A stretch of 63,993 nucleotides of DNA, counting the filler, from Dimargaris cristalligena (taxonomy: Eukaryota), in the NCBI GenBank assembly GCA_003614675.1. It is 7 parts of 7 records of this genome, joined end to end, with 100 filler letters (N's around TTAATTAATTAA, not from the genome) between each part and the next. Parts side by side here need not be neighbours in the genome. Positions count along the whole stretch, not along the records: positions 9,417 to 18,724 come from ML003267.1; positions 18,825 to 28,127 come from ML003268.1; 5 more parts are not named here. One strand, given 5' to 3'. This document shows, one piece after another, positions 11,297 through 22,495 of this stretch. Under the pieces are notes generated by a model, which worked only from the letters and a program-made list of their open reading frames with translations, had not been told where the DNA came from and searched no databases. The first letter of the stretch is position 1, and every line of letters begins with the position of its first letter. Position numbers and translations under genes: made by a program.

Positions 11297-14047
11297 CTAA
11301 AACGCAATAGCTTCATCCATCTCATCGGAAGGAAAGTGTACATCACTTATCTGGGTCTTGACCCACATGTTGGCATAAATACCGCCTTTGGCCACCAATT
11401 CACTGTGAGTACCAAGTTCAGCCACCTTGCCGTGGTCCAGGACGACAATCTGGTCGGCATCCATAATTGTCGAAATCCGGTGGGCAATAATCACCGTCGT
11501 GCGCGAGTCCTTTGAATTTCTAATGTAGTCCATAATTTTAGTCTCTGTGGCGGTGTCTAGGGCAGCCGTGGCCTCATCCAAAAGCAGGATGGGGGATTTC
11601 CTGACCAGGGCTCGTGCAATGCCCATGCGCTGTAACTCACCGCCACTCATACTATTGCCACCCCGATTAAGTTTGGCGTTGAAGCCATCCTTGCGCTCCA
11701 TAATCGTATCGTATAAGTTCACGGCCTTGGCCGCCTCCACTACCTCGTCTTTAGAGGCCAGCTCGCCCCGGCTGACAGAACCATAGGCGATGTTGTAGTA
11801 AATGGTACCCGGGAAAGTCACAAAGGATTGGTTGACGTACGCAATTTGGGAACGCAAATCGCCCTGGGCCACTCGGCGAATATCCTGCCCGTCGATGAGG
11901 ATGGCCCCATCAGATACTTCCGCCATACGCATGATTAAATTTAACATAGTCGATTTACCGTGACCACTTACGCCGACGATGGCCGTGGTCCGACCGGCCT
12001 GGATATGTAGGTCTATTCCACGCAGAACGGGATCATGGCCTTCATACGCAAAGGCAACGTTGCGAAACTCAATGTGACCCCCATGCTCTAGCTTCACCGG
12101 CGGGGCCCCGGCATCGTCCGGGATGTCGAGAGTCCGATGTAAGCTGCTTACCGAAACCGCCTCATAGTTAGTCGGTCGGAGGCGGTGGATTACGAGTCGG
12201 GAGAGTTCTTTGGTCTGATTAGTGACCAGCTTGTAGGCGCTCATGGCAAAGAGACATTCGACCTGGCTCATTTCACCGGCGTGGAACTTCCAAACACATA
12301 GGACCATCCACGGGTAGTACAGACCTCGGTAAAGCATGCTGTCCCAGGTGGATGTTGAAACGTACTTTGTCGTCCCTGATTGCTGGAGGTGTTTGGGCAA
12401 ATGGTCGATAATTTGCTGATATTCGTATTGCTCGCTGCTGAGCCGCCTAAAGTCGGGAATTCGGTAGAGTCGGTCGGATATTCCCCAGTGGAACCCATAG
12501 TGTGACACATACCACTGTGGGTCGGCCCGGTTGTCGACGAGGCGACAGCAAAAGTAAATTAGACCACTCAAAAACAAATGTGTTAGCAGCAAGAGTAATA
12601 TTTCGGGGCCAACCGATTGCCATACACTAGTTATAAGGAGAAATGAACCCGCGCAGGTTGAAATGATTTTCAGTATCTGATCGCGGAAATCGGTGGCTAA
12701 GCCGACGTATGAGTCAAAGTATAAGTCGGGATCATCAGGGACTTTGCTCGACTGTTGCTGGATACGGTGCATATGGGAATAAACCCGATGTTTCCACTGA
12801 GCAGTTATACCCCGGTTGAAGCGGACCTTCAGTCGATTGAATAAAGTCGGCACGATATTGTTAATGAACTGGCTCGGAAGATAATAGTAACACATAAAAC
12901 TAGTGATGGTGGCGGTTCGGGTCACCAGGCTTTCTTCAAAGTAGCGTAGGGCCTGAGATTCAAAGTGATCGGTCCCTTTAAGGCCCAGCGCCAGAGCCAA
13001 AAGAATGAGGGAGCTCGAATATACCCGCCAATCGAAGAACAACTTTGGGAGTAGTAGCGAATATGTCTTGATCTCGCGGAAGAAGAAGAAAGGCTCCGAA
13101 ACACTATCATTGGCCTCGACTTCGACTGTGTCTTCCTCCTGGTAGTATTCACTGTCCCAAAACTCCATGTAGAGTAGACCCAGCAGACTACTCTTTATTT
13201 CATCCATCTCGATTTCTCTCTGAAGGGTGACTGAGGCGTTCCAGGACACCCCCATTGGTTGATTTGGAACGAGGGATACTGTAGGCTGATAAGCGGTGGT
13301 CAGGAAGCGCATGTCAGGGGAAAATCGGACCATGGCCCGAACCAGCCATACCGGGACCCAGGTCAGGAAATGGACCACTCCACCGCCGAGTATGGGTACC
13401 ATTTTTTGACGGAGGAACCGAAGCTGATATATGGCGATGATACCGATTATCATGGCGTATGCGACTGCGTGGGCCAGAATTACTAAATCGGCCAAGGATT
13501 GCTGGGGGTGGAATCTATATTGTAGCACCACTATTATTAACTCGACCAGGGCTACGCGGATATGAGTCAGCCAAAACTCTAGATGAGCTGAGCCACGCAT
13601 GCTCAACCGGTAGAGCCAAAGGGACAAATCGGAGTGGGTAGCCGGTCGCGAACTCCGACGCCGGTTCAGAAACGACATCCAGGCAATAACGAGGGTCAAG
13701 CTGCGGAGAATACCCAGGATGAGTTGCAGTGGGTTGCCCGCCCCGGGAGTCTCCTCCTTGCTCCAGGTTATCATCATGGTGAAGGTGAATAACGCGATGG
13801 TGTGAACAAACGTGACTATGCAAATGGCCACCCGTTGGAGAATTTCTAATTGGACATTGGTGACCAATTGCTGGTCACGCGTCACCGAGAGGTAAGGCAG
13901 GTTATCGAATCCGCTGGGCACCGCTGCTGCAGGCTTATACTCTGGGCCTTGTTGGAACCGCAGAAAGTGGAGTAGGTGGGCTATGGTAGCAACAACCGTA
14001 GCGTTAGGCCACAGGGTGGCCAACTGGTGCAGCATGGCCATCAACAT
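11297..14047 (-). CDS. ABCB half-transporter, HMT1/ATM1(ABCB6/7)-like with N-terminal hydrophobic extension
   Basis: Walker A GVSGHGKST, Q-loop VNQ, signature MSGGELQR, Walker B ILLLDEAT, H-loop IAHR; multiple TM segments upstream; intronless 916 aa. Confidence 0.88.
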   Translation of the reverse strand: MLMAMLHQLATLWPNATVVATIAHLLHFLRFQQGPEYKPAAAVPSGFDNLPYLSVTRDQQLVTNVQLEILQRVAICIVTFVHTIALFTFTMMITWSKEETPGAGNPLQLILGILRSLTLVIAWMSFLNRRRSSRPATHSDLSLWLYRLSMRGSAHLEFWLTHIRVALVELIIVVLQYRFHPQQSLADLVILAHAVAYAMIIGIIAIYQLRFLRQKMVPILGGGVVHFLTWVPVWLVRAMVRFSPDMRFLTTAYQPTVSLVPNQPMGVSWNASVTLQREIEMDEIKSSLLGLLYMEFWDSEYYQEEDTVEVEANDSVSEPFFFFREIKTYSLLLPKLFFDWRVYSSSLILLALALGLKGTDHFESQALRYFEESLVTRTATITSFMCYYYLPSQFINNIVPTLFNRLKVRFNRGITAQWKHRVYSHMHRIQQQSSKVPDDPDLYFDSYVGLATDFRDQILKIISTCAGSFLLITSVWQSVGPEILLLLLTHLFLSGLIYFCCRLVDNRADPQWYVSHYGFHWGISDRLYRIPDFRRLSSEQYEYQQIIDHLPKHLQQSGTTKYVSTSTWDSMLYRGLYYPWMVLCVWKFHAGEMSQVECLFAMSAYKLVTNQTKELSRLVIHRLRPTNYEAVSVSSLHRTLDIPDDAGAPPVKLEHGGHIEFRNVAFAYEGHDPVLRGIDLHIQAGRTTAIVGVSGHGKSTMLNLIMRMAEVSDGAILIDGQDIRRVAQGDLRSQIAYVNQSFVTFPGTIYYNIAYGSVSRGELASKDEVVEAAKAVNLYDTIMERKDGFNAKLNRGGNSMSGGELQRMGIARALVRKSPILLLDEATAALDTATETKIMDYIRNSKDSRTTVIIAHRISTIMDADQIVVLDHGKVAELGTHSELVAKGGIYANMWVKTQISDVHFPSDEMDEAIAF

Positions 14048-17000
14048 GGAATCGAAGGGACGAGTCCAGGTATAAGGGTGAGGTTCGGGGTCGGTACTTC
14101 AAACACGTGGAAATTCTCGCAAGTCTAGTTGGTAATGAAGGAGGATTTGATTTGGGGAGACGCGTATGTCAGCACTGAAGAATAATAAAATGATAAATGG
14201 GACCCAGGGATCGTTTCACATACTGAAGCAGCTTATGGGGAGGGATTAGTGGACTATTTTATAGTTAAGCCGTCGCACGGCGAACTGGTTTTACCACGGC
14301 GACAGTGGCCTACCCACAGCCTTACAAAACCCTCAACGGAAGGTGGCTTAATTACCCAGTTCAAAAGTCGGGGATTTGGGGGGTAGGATGCAAACAATAC
14401 GAATCTTCCCAGAGATTGTCAGTTTATTATTTAAATGGTATACACGTATAAATCTTATAATCCACTTTGGGAAGTGCTGCGGAGTTCCTTTCTCTTATCC
14501 TCGTCAAGTAACCATCGTAACCGCACCCCTCCGTCCGCAGTTATTACTGGCATTGTCAGGGGGCTACATCAAGGGGGATATTGCATTCAGCTTAGGCACT
14601 TGTTATACCTCATTGCATATCCGATTTGTGTCGGAAGTCACGCGCAAACTACATGGAAGGTGATTAAGGCCCATTTCACCACCCCCCAGCTTCTCCACAT
14701 ATTGTTATTCCCATGTTAAAATGGCGAATGTAGTGAGCGGGTTTTATTGAAGAGAGATTATTGGGACGTATATGGTGTTGAAGAATATGTTCCTACATGT
14801 TCTTTATTCTATCCTATTTTTACCCAATTACGTTAGTTTATTCTGCTATCATGAGATCATTCATGTTAGCCAATTATATTTCACTCTACAGAAATTACAA
14901 CTCAATAAAATTAACCACCTAGAGGTACCTACCGTCCTCTAGCTGCTTTCTTCCCTTTCCAGTTTTATTTCCTTTAAGTCCTTAGTTTTCCCACATATGG
15001 GAGCGAAGGAGGGTATTAACAGTAGTGGTGTTAGTAAACTGAGAGATTAGAAACATGTTGGCTGAACACCTTTATATAGTCAGCTTAGAGTCTAGAGTGT
15101 GGGCTGGATAGGCATAGAAAGTGCGAGTGTCAATGGCGTTGGATATCTAAGCCTTGAGGTAATGCTTTTAGTATGGTCGGGCAGTAACTTGTCCAGAGCA
15201 CCTGGTTGCATTTAGCGGGCTTCGGAGGTTGCCACCATTATCGCTGGCGGGCAGGATTCATCTTTCGTCAGTGACCGGGGTTTCAGAATAGCTGGGTCCC
15301 TGGCTGTTTTGGTCCCCAGGCATGCTATACTCTGGTAAGGGTACTTCCACGCCCGTATTGGTAGTTCTGACCCCAAGCGCAGGGATAGAGTTAAGCCAGA
15401 TACTACTGATTAAAAACAAGTCTCTCACCTATTTTCCCATACACATTATTTATAGCGTACAGCTTGACCGAATTTCACCCGTACATGTAATGCCATCCGG
15501 CGGTCGACACTTACTTCTGGACCATGAGTGACCGGTCTATACCAGTGAAGGGCGGAAAATGCTGGGATAAACAACGGCCACATACTAATAGCAAAATACC
15601 TTTTATTATTTTTATACCTGCGGCTTGTATTAAAAAGCCCGCCTTATCTTAACGTGCATCAAAAGTCCGACTTATTTCTCGGTGTTACTTTTTCCTTCTA
15701 CTTTATTCCATTCATTGGTTCTTTTTTGCGTCCTCCTTACAATCCAGCGACCTCCGAAGACTCCCTAAAGGTTACATAAGTAATCGGCGAAATTCCCCCT
15801 TCTTGAAAGGTTGTTATTGCCCACCCGTTTGATTTTCCCCTTATTCTTTCTACTCCATCACGCCCTTCTCTTCCCCTCAAAGTTCCTTCTACTATTTGCC
15901 GGTCCTATTTCTTACGATAAATATATATACCCCGCTCATATCTCCGTCCTCCTTTCGTTGACTACAATTTTGCCCCGGTTTTCTGCCATGACGACGTCCA
16001 ACTCGGCGTCCCTCCCGTCTTCTGCCGCCAGGGAGCTGTCCACCATGACTTTGGGCCGCGCTGATAAGGAGGCTCCACCCCCTCCCCGAGAATCCAGAAG
16101 GCCAACAGTACCAGGCCGGACGCCCCCAGCAGCACATATACATATACAACCATTATTTAATTACAGTGACTGCTACCCTTTCCCCATTAGATACCCATTT
16201 ATGACTCTAAGTACTACCAATCTCATTTTAATACAATAATTCCACATTAAAATACCTAACCTCTACGGCCAAGGCAAGATGCGGATGCGCAGTTATATCT
16301 TGTATATAGAGCGATAGAGGAGTGATGGCGCCCAACTATACCTGTTCAGACGTGGAAAAGCATACGAGTTGGCAGGAATTGGTGTATGTTGGTGATGAAC
16401 AAATGGCTAATTGGGATTTCTCGCTGTCCCCCTTTTACTTCAAACCTAGAGTACGAGGGATTCATTAGTCTCCGCGATATTAATTAAGCGGTAGTGGAAT
16501 AGAATCAATCAACAAAAGAAGGGTTAGGGTAGCCGGATGATTTGCAGAGATAGGTATCTTTGAGAACACCATGATCAACAAAACACCAACGAGTTCTCTG
16601 TAATTTATGTTATATTAAATTGGGGTCTTTGTTTCCAACTGGTCGACACGGCTGTCCCTATGACAACCGTATAGCACAACTCCCCATTTTATTATATCGA
16701 CTTAATGTGAAAAGAGTATTATACGATTCAAAGTACAAATGGCCTCGATGGCTATGTAGTATGGCTGGGGAAATAGTTCACACACGCGAATATTTGATGA
16801 ATCTGTAAGCCCAATAAATTTTGGTGAAAAGCAGGCTTCAGTTGGAGGAGACCCAGCGGGACTTGGCTTGGGTGAATAGCTTATTAGGTGATATTATTTA
16901 ACAACTGTTGCGAACATATATTGCCCGTTAGTTGACGGGGGAAACCCTATGATACAGAAACAAAGAGTACCCGCTCCTTCGATCCCGGCTTTAATATACA

Positions 17001-17503
17001 GATTGCCCATCCCCCTATTGAACTCCAACCTAATGGTGATGGAGGTATATGGCCCGTCTTAAGACCTACCTCCCGTTTGCTTTTGAGATAGAGGCACGTC
17101 CCAGCCACCAGGCGTTGGTGGAATATAAAAAGGGGACACTGCTAGCCCAGTCTCCTATTATTCATATCCACATTCTATTATTTTATACCTGCCTATACCC
17201 ATTCCTCCCATTGACTAAACATTGCTTTAGACAACCACTACCGGTAAGACTACTATAAAATAGAATTTCTATACTCTATTTAAGCCCAGTATTAAATTAT
17301 TTTGCATGTTTCGCAACTTCAATGTGATTTTGGCCGATATATGTCTTATTTCTAGTAATCTAATCATTCCCTAAACACCTGTCACCATCATACCTTTATG
17401 TAGATTCCACCCCCAGTCTTACGTATTATTCAATTGCACTCGCACTCACACCTGCGCCCACCCTAAAACCCATACCCAGCCCCCATAACTTCACTCCCCT
17501 AAC

Positions 17504-17884
17504 ATGCATAGCCACTTTTGCCTCACTGCTCTATTTGGATTTGTCCTCCTCGTTTCCTACCCCCATTCCACTCTATCTGTCATTCAGGTTACCGGGCCCA
17601 CTCCCACCACCCAGTCGGCCTTGCTGCCGAAGTTACAGAAGCGCGCCACCCCTGATTTCCTGAAGGGAAGCCAATCTAAAGTCCCTGGCTGGACACTTGC
17701 GAGGAACTCAGTAACAAGCGGTAAAGCTGACGCAAATAAGCCCACCACCACTAAACCAAATTCCGAGTCTGGTTCGGGATCGAAACCGAGCCCTAAATTC
17801 CAAACCATCGCTAATCGTGTAGTCACGAATTTGAAACAGGCATCCAAACAAGTTCAACAGTTAAAAAAAACACCCAAGGCTTGA
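17504..17884 (+). CDS. Small secreted protein: signal peptide, propeptide ending LQKR, cationic mature region
   Basis: Hydrophobic N-terminus (FCLTALFGFVLLVS); KR site; K/S/T/P-rich tail; TATAAAAA at ~17124 and probable 5'UTR intron GTAAGA(17244)...TAG(17403). Confidence 0.7.
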   Translation: MHSHFCLTALFGFVLLVSYPHSTLSVIQVTGPTPTTQSALLPKLQKRATPDFLKGSQSKVPGWTLARNSVTSGKADANKPTTTKPNSESGSGSKPSPKFQTIANRVVTNLKQASKQVQQLKKTPKA

Positions 17885-18104
17885 AGTCAACACTATTTTA
17901 TCGTATATATATATATATATGGATATCAACCACCGTTTGCCTTTTCTCCTCAACTTTGAATATCTGGCTCAGACATTCTCCATTGAATTGACCCCACTGT
18001 ACTTATTTCTGTATTGTCTTCTCAGAAACCCCATTACTATCAAACTACCTATACTATTATATGTATCTCATGTTTCTATGTTTTCAAAATAAAACCTTAC
18101 AATA

Positions 18105-18241
18105 GTTCTATTAGAATGATAAATTCAATAGTAAATGCAAGTGCCTTTTGATATAACTAAAATAATTTAAAGAAGAGAGAAAGAACTGCAAGGGGCAAAG
18201 CTAGATGGCCGTGGTTAATTTTATTGAGTTGTAATTAGTAA
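18105..18241. repeat. AT-rich repeat, inverted partner of 9472-9610
   Basis: AATAGTAAATGCAAGTGCC...TTTAAAGAAGAGAGAAAGAACTGCAAGGGGCAAAGCTA...AATTAGTA. Confidence 0.75.
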
Positions 18242-18322
18242 TAATAATGATAAAACCATTGTTCCAAGTATAGGGTGATATAATCATAGATATAAGTGAA
18301 GTTCAACCCAACTATATAGGGT

Positions 18323-18639
18323 TGTTGGCCCTTCTAATCCAACCTAATCTGAATATAGTAATCACCCATCCCAACTAGGCCTTATAGCACCATATTAAGC
18401 TTCCCATGGTCACCCCTGGTACTATGGGATCACCCCTATAACATATAACCCTTCCCCTTCTGGACTTCTTGGTTTACACTAATCACTCCAGTGCTGATCC
18501 AAAGACTCTTCCAGTCACTGCCCAAATCTTCCAGATCCTCATGGCCATCCAGTCAGCTTATTTAGCATACCTTAGTCTTAGTAGTATTCTCCTTTAGGGA
18601 CCTCCCTCTGGAGTCATCCCCTGTATATATATAACTGGG
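18323..18639 (-). mobile_element. LTR family A, 3' half; interrupted at 18640 by another TG-starting LTR-like sequence
   Basis: TGTTGGCCCTTCTAAT... is the reverse complement of the end of 19699-20283; similarity stops at TGTAAAGAAC (18640). Confidence 0.8.
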
Positions 18640-18724
18640 TGTAAAGAACTGAAATCAAATCCTTGAAAACTGAACTTTATTTGAAAAGATAGATAATAAA
18701 AGGGAAAGGTGATGATAGACTTGC

Positions 18725-18824
18725 NNNNNNNNNNNNNNNNNNNNNNNNNNNNNNNNNNNNNNNNNNNNTTAATTAATTAANNNNNNNNNNNNNNNNNNNN
18801 NNNNNNNNNNNNNNNNNNNNNNNN
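18725..18824. other. Artificial contig spacer
   Basis: N/TTAATTAATTAA/N, 100 nt. Confidence 0.99.
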
Positions 18825-19698
18825 TCAACCCGATAGGGCCACGCTGAACCCTCCCGGATCCCCGGGCCGTGTTACTACACTTGCACTTCCCTCTCCTTCT
18901 CCCTTTGGCTTTTCGCGACCTTATTTTACGGGAAGAACCATTACCCAGACTCGGGGGAGTCTATAAGAGCTGGTGGTACATTGTCCCACACTGATGCCCC
19001 ATTGCAACTTACACTTGGCACTGGCATTGGCATGGTCTATTTTTACTAGTGCTCTCTGTTAGCCAGAGTGTACTTGAAACCATGCCAGAATAGATAATAA
19101 TGATGTGTTCATAGGTGGCCTGAATTTAAATGTAATAGATCCAACCATGGGAAGTCCATTATGTCACAAATGTACAGTAGCTTTGTTGCTCACATTGACA
19201 TTTGTAACCCATTTTGGGTCCATTGTGACTTTATAGGAGTCAGTTACTTAGATCTATTAGCAACATGCAGTGTTTATTAACTCAACATATTTGCTTGCTT
19301 CAAGCCAGCCTTATCCAAGCCCTATAAGAGGCCACTAGTATCCATCCACTCAGGTGGCCTTCATTTATGGTACATGCGAAGCCTAGATGCCAATTCTTTG
19401 AGGGGCAGAAGTACCATGTTGGTGGTTGGTAATGTGAGTGATACAAGTCCAAGTATAGACAAGCATCTGTTAGAGAATGTCTTAGCCTGCTAATAATAAG
19501 GAGGAGGTCATGGAAAGGTAATGGGGAAAATATTGCTGAGGTTAACAATTGCCCATATATCTCCTTCACTGCCTATCTGTTATTATTCCACATACCACTT
19601 TCAAGTAGATCCAATTTTGCCCAATCTTGGCTGACAAAGGTCTGGTCAATATTCCAGGACTCCATCTATAGGATCAGGCCTAATCTGGTAATGGTAAC

Positions 19699-20283
19699 TG
19701 TCACCCAGGTTCACTACTCTTAGTCTGCCAAGAGTACCAAAGATAGGCTTCTAATGGTAGACAGGGCTTAGACTTAGCCAAGCAGGTCCTAGCATTAGGT
19801 GGGGGAACAGTACTAACTAATAAAGGCTATAAGTGCAGGTTCAGGCCAGGGATGTGCAGGGGGCACACTTACTAGTCAATATAAGGGGGGTGAGTGTATA
19901 TTGAGTTTATTGGGATAAACTAAGGGGGTAAGAATAAGCTGAGTAATCTAACTGGTCCCAATGGGGCCTGGTTATATATATACAGGGGATGACTCCAGAG
20001 GGAGGTCCCCAAAGGAAGATACTACTAAGACTAAGGTATAGTAGAATAGGCCAACTAGACAACTGTTAGGACCTAAAAGACTTTGATGGTAACTGGGAGA
20101 GTCTTTGGATCAGCTCTCAAGTAATTAATACAAAGAGGTGGAGTTTGGAAGGGGAATGGTTATATGTTATAGGAGGATCCCATAGTACCGGGGGTAACTA
20201 TGGGAAGGTTAATATAGCACTATAAAGCCTAGTAAGATGGACAGTCATTATGTCTAGATTAAGTTAAATTAGAAGGGCCAACA
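19699..20283. mobile_element. Solo LTR family A (585 bp)
   Basis: TGTCACCC...GGCCAACA; flanks GTAAC/GTATC (4/5 TSD); four further partial copies in the window. Confidence 0.85.
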
Positions 20284-20335
20284 GTATCATAAATACATTT
20301 GCCTGTGTACTGTTAGTAAATGATGAGTGATTGTA

Positions 20336-21636
20336 CATGGTCTGGCCCAAAAGTTTTGTCACTGGGGCTATAAAATCAGTTTCACATATACCATCTTTTA
20401 ATGTGAGACGGTTTTAAATAGGTAAATAAAAACTCTATCATGTGGTAAAATTTTAAAGCTCTAATATTTTTAGTTTTTTTACTACATTATTTTTCCTAAG
20501 TTAATTTTTCCTACCTCATCATGTATTCAAAATTTGAAATTCAATCAAATATTAGGCTCTATTATAAGCTTGGAAAAAGTACCAATGTGACCCTGGAGAT
20601 AATCCATAATATCCATGGGGATGGTACTGTGACTCTTAGGACTATTTTTCATTAGTTTGTGAGCTTTTAAGAAGGTTGGGAAGAGATTAAGGATAACTCC
20701 CATTTAGGATACCCAAAGGAAGGGTGTAGTAACACATCCAAATAGTCACCAATATCCTGAAAACTGACTGGCAGATAACTACCCAATTGCTTGAGGATAT
20801 GATTAGAATACCTAGGTCTACTATCAACAGGATTCTTATTGAGGATTTACATATGAAAAAGATCTGTGCCCAGTTTGTCCCCCACCAGCTAGCTAATGAC
20901 CAAATGGCATCCAGAGTGAACTATAGCTTGGACATACAGAAAATGTGCCAAAATGACCAAAACTTTGCTGGAAGTATTGTTACTAGCAACAAGACTTGGT
21001 GCTTCCAATATGAGCCATCAACAAAATGTAATAACTCTGAGTAGGTAGGTGCTGAAAACCCAAGACTGAAGAAATCACACCTTCAGCTGAGCCAAATTAA
21101 GACTTTGCTCACTGTTTTCTTTAACTCCAAAGGGATTAGCCACCAGGAATTTACTCCCCAAGGCCAAACAGTCACTGGTCATTACTACCTGGGAGTCTTA
21201 ATATGCCTTTTAACAAGGATCAACCATGTAAGGTCAGAGTACAGGAAGCAAGGATCCTGGAGTCTCCTCCATGATAATGCACCTATACATAAGTTCAAAA
21301 TTATCTGGGCATATTTGGCTAAAAGAGGTGTGGTAGTACTTGACCACCCACTGTATTTACCTGATCTAGCCCCAGCTGACTTCTGGCTATTCCCAAAACT
21401 TAAGCTAGCTATGAAAGGGGAATATTACAGCTCCATATAGGATATCCAAGACACTGTGACCAATATCCTAAAGGGTATCTCAAAGGATGGGTTTCTAAGC
21501 TGCTTCCACTTATTATTTAGGCAATTCCAGCAGTGTTTTAATGAAAAAAGGTTTTATTTTAAATAAATAGAAAAAAAATAATATCTTAAACCATTTTCAT
21601 TTTAGAGTACTAGTAGTAAAACTTTTGGGTCAGACC

Positions 21637-21639
<3 letters not shown>
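20336..21639 (+). mobile_element. Full-length decayed mariner (DD34D) DNA transposon
   Basis: TA flanks; TIRs CATGGTCTGGCCCAAAAGTTTTGTCACTGG / CTAGTAGTAAAACTTTTGGGTCAGACCATA; 1.3 kb. Confidence 0.93.
20521..21566 (+). pseudogene. Mariner transposase pseudogene
   Basis: FVPHQL (WVPHxL), TSNKTW (from TGDETW), LHDNAPIH, HPLYLPDLAPADFWLFPKLK (YSPDLAPxD); 34 residues between the 2nd and 3rd Asp; several stops and a frameshift. Confidence 0.92.

Positions 21640-21670
<31 letters not shown>
21637..21670. repeat. (AT)n(GT)n microsatellite at the mariner right end
   Basis: atatatatatatatatatgtgtgtgtgtgtgtgt. Confidence 0.9.
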
Positions 21671-22495
21671 AAGGTAAGATGGTAGTAGAAACCTGTGCAC
21701 TGCTCACACCAAGGCTACTATTTTGTTATAGCCCTGTTATTTATACATGTCGTACCCTACTAGCTTTATGTATTCGTTGTATGCAGCTACGCATACTCTC
21801 TCTATATGCACTGCTCTCTCTGTATGCACTTCTCTCCAGATATATGTATAGGGCCTTGTGGCTCTGTCTCACCTGCCTTTTGTCTTGGGCAAATCTCTGC
21901 TTCCTTTCTCTTTCTTTCCCGTAGTCCTGTTTCTATAAATTGATTTTTCTTGATTGTTGGGGGTTTCTCTTTGTATTAGGCGTAGCCTATTATCCACATA
22001 TACACATATGCGCGCGCTCTCTCTCTCCTCTCTCTCTCTCTCTCTTTAATATCCCCAGCGTGCTTTTCGGTTGACATGCGTTCTATCGTTTCTTTATAAA
22101 TGCCTACCCAGCCATACTCCACCACATTGCGCTTTATCTATCCCCTCGACGCTACCGTTACTCTCAAAGTCCCCTGTCCGATCCCCTCATTTTCTGGTTT
22201 ATAACCCTCATGTGTAGTAGTGGTCGTTGTCTCTCCTGCTTCATACCAGCCCCTCTTATTTGTACCAACAACTTCACCGTTATCTACAATATCTATCTCC
22301 CCTGAACCTACTCATCTCTCTCCTATTCTACTGCTTCGTTTTTACACATATCCCTTCATATACAGCGACTTCATATAATTTTTATTTATTTATAAATCTC
22401 TGGTTCCCCCCTCCTCTTCGCCATTAAGTTTTCATTTCCCGTGTATAGTCCGTCTCTCACTCTCACTCTCTCTCTCACTCTCTATTCGTCTTACT

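Noticed and set aside
15988-16239. GC-rich ORF start MTTSNSASLPSSAAREL after a pyrimidine-rich leader
   Set aside because: Runs into AT-rich sequence with no recognisable domain or clear downstream exon; may be a gene relic but cannot be supported
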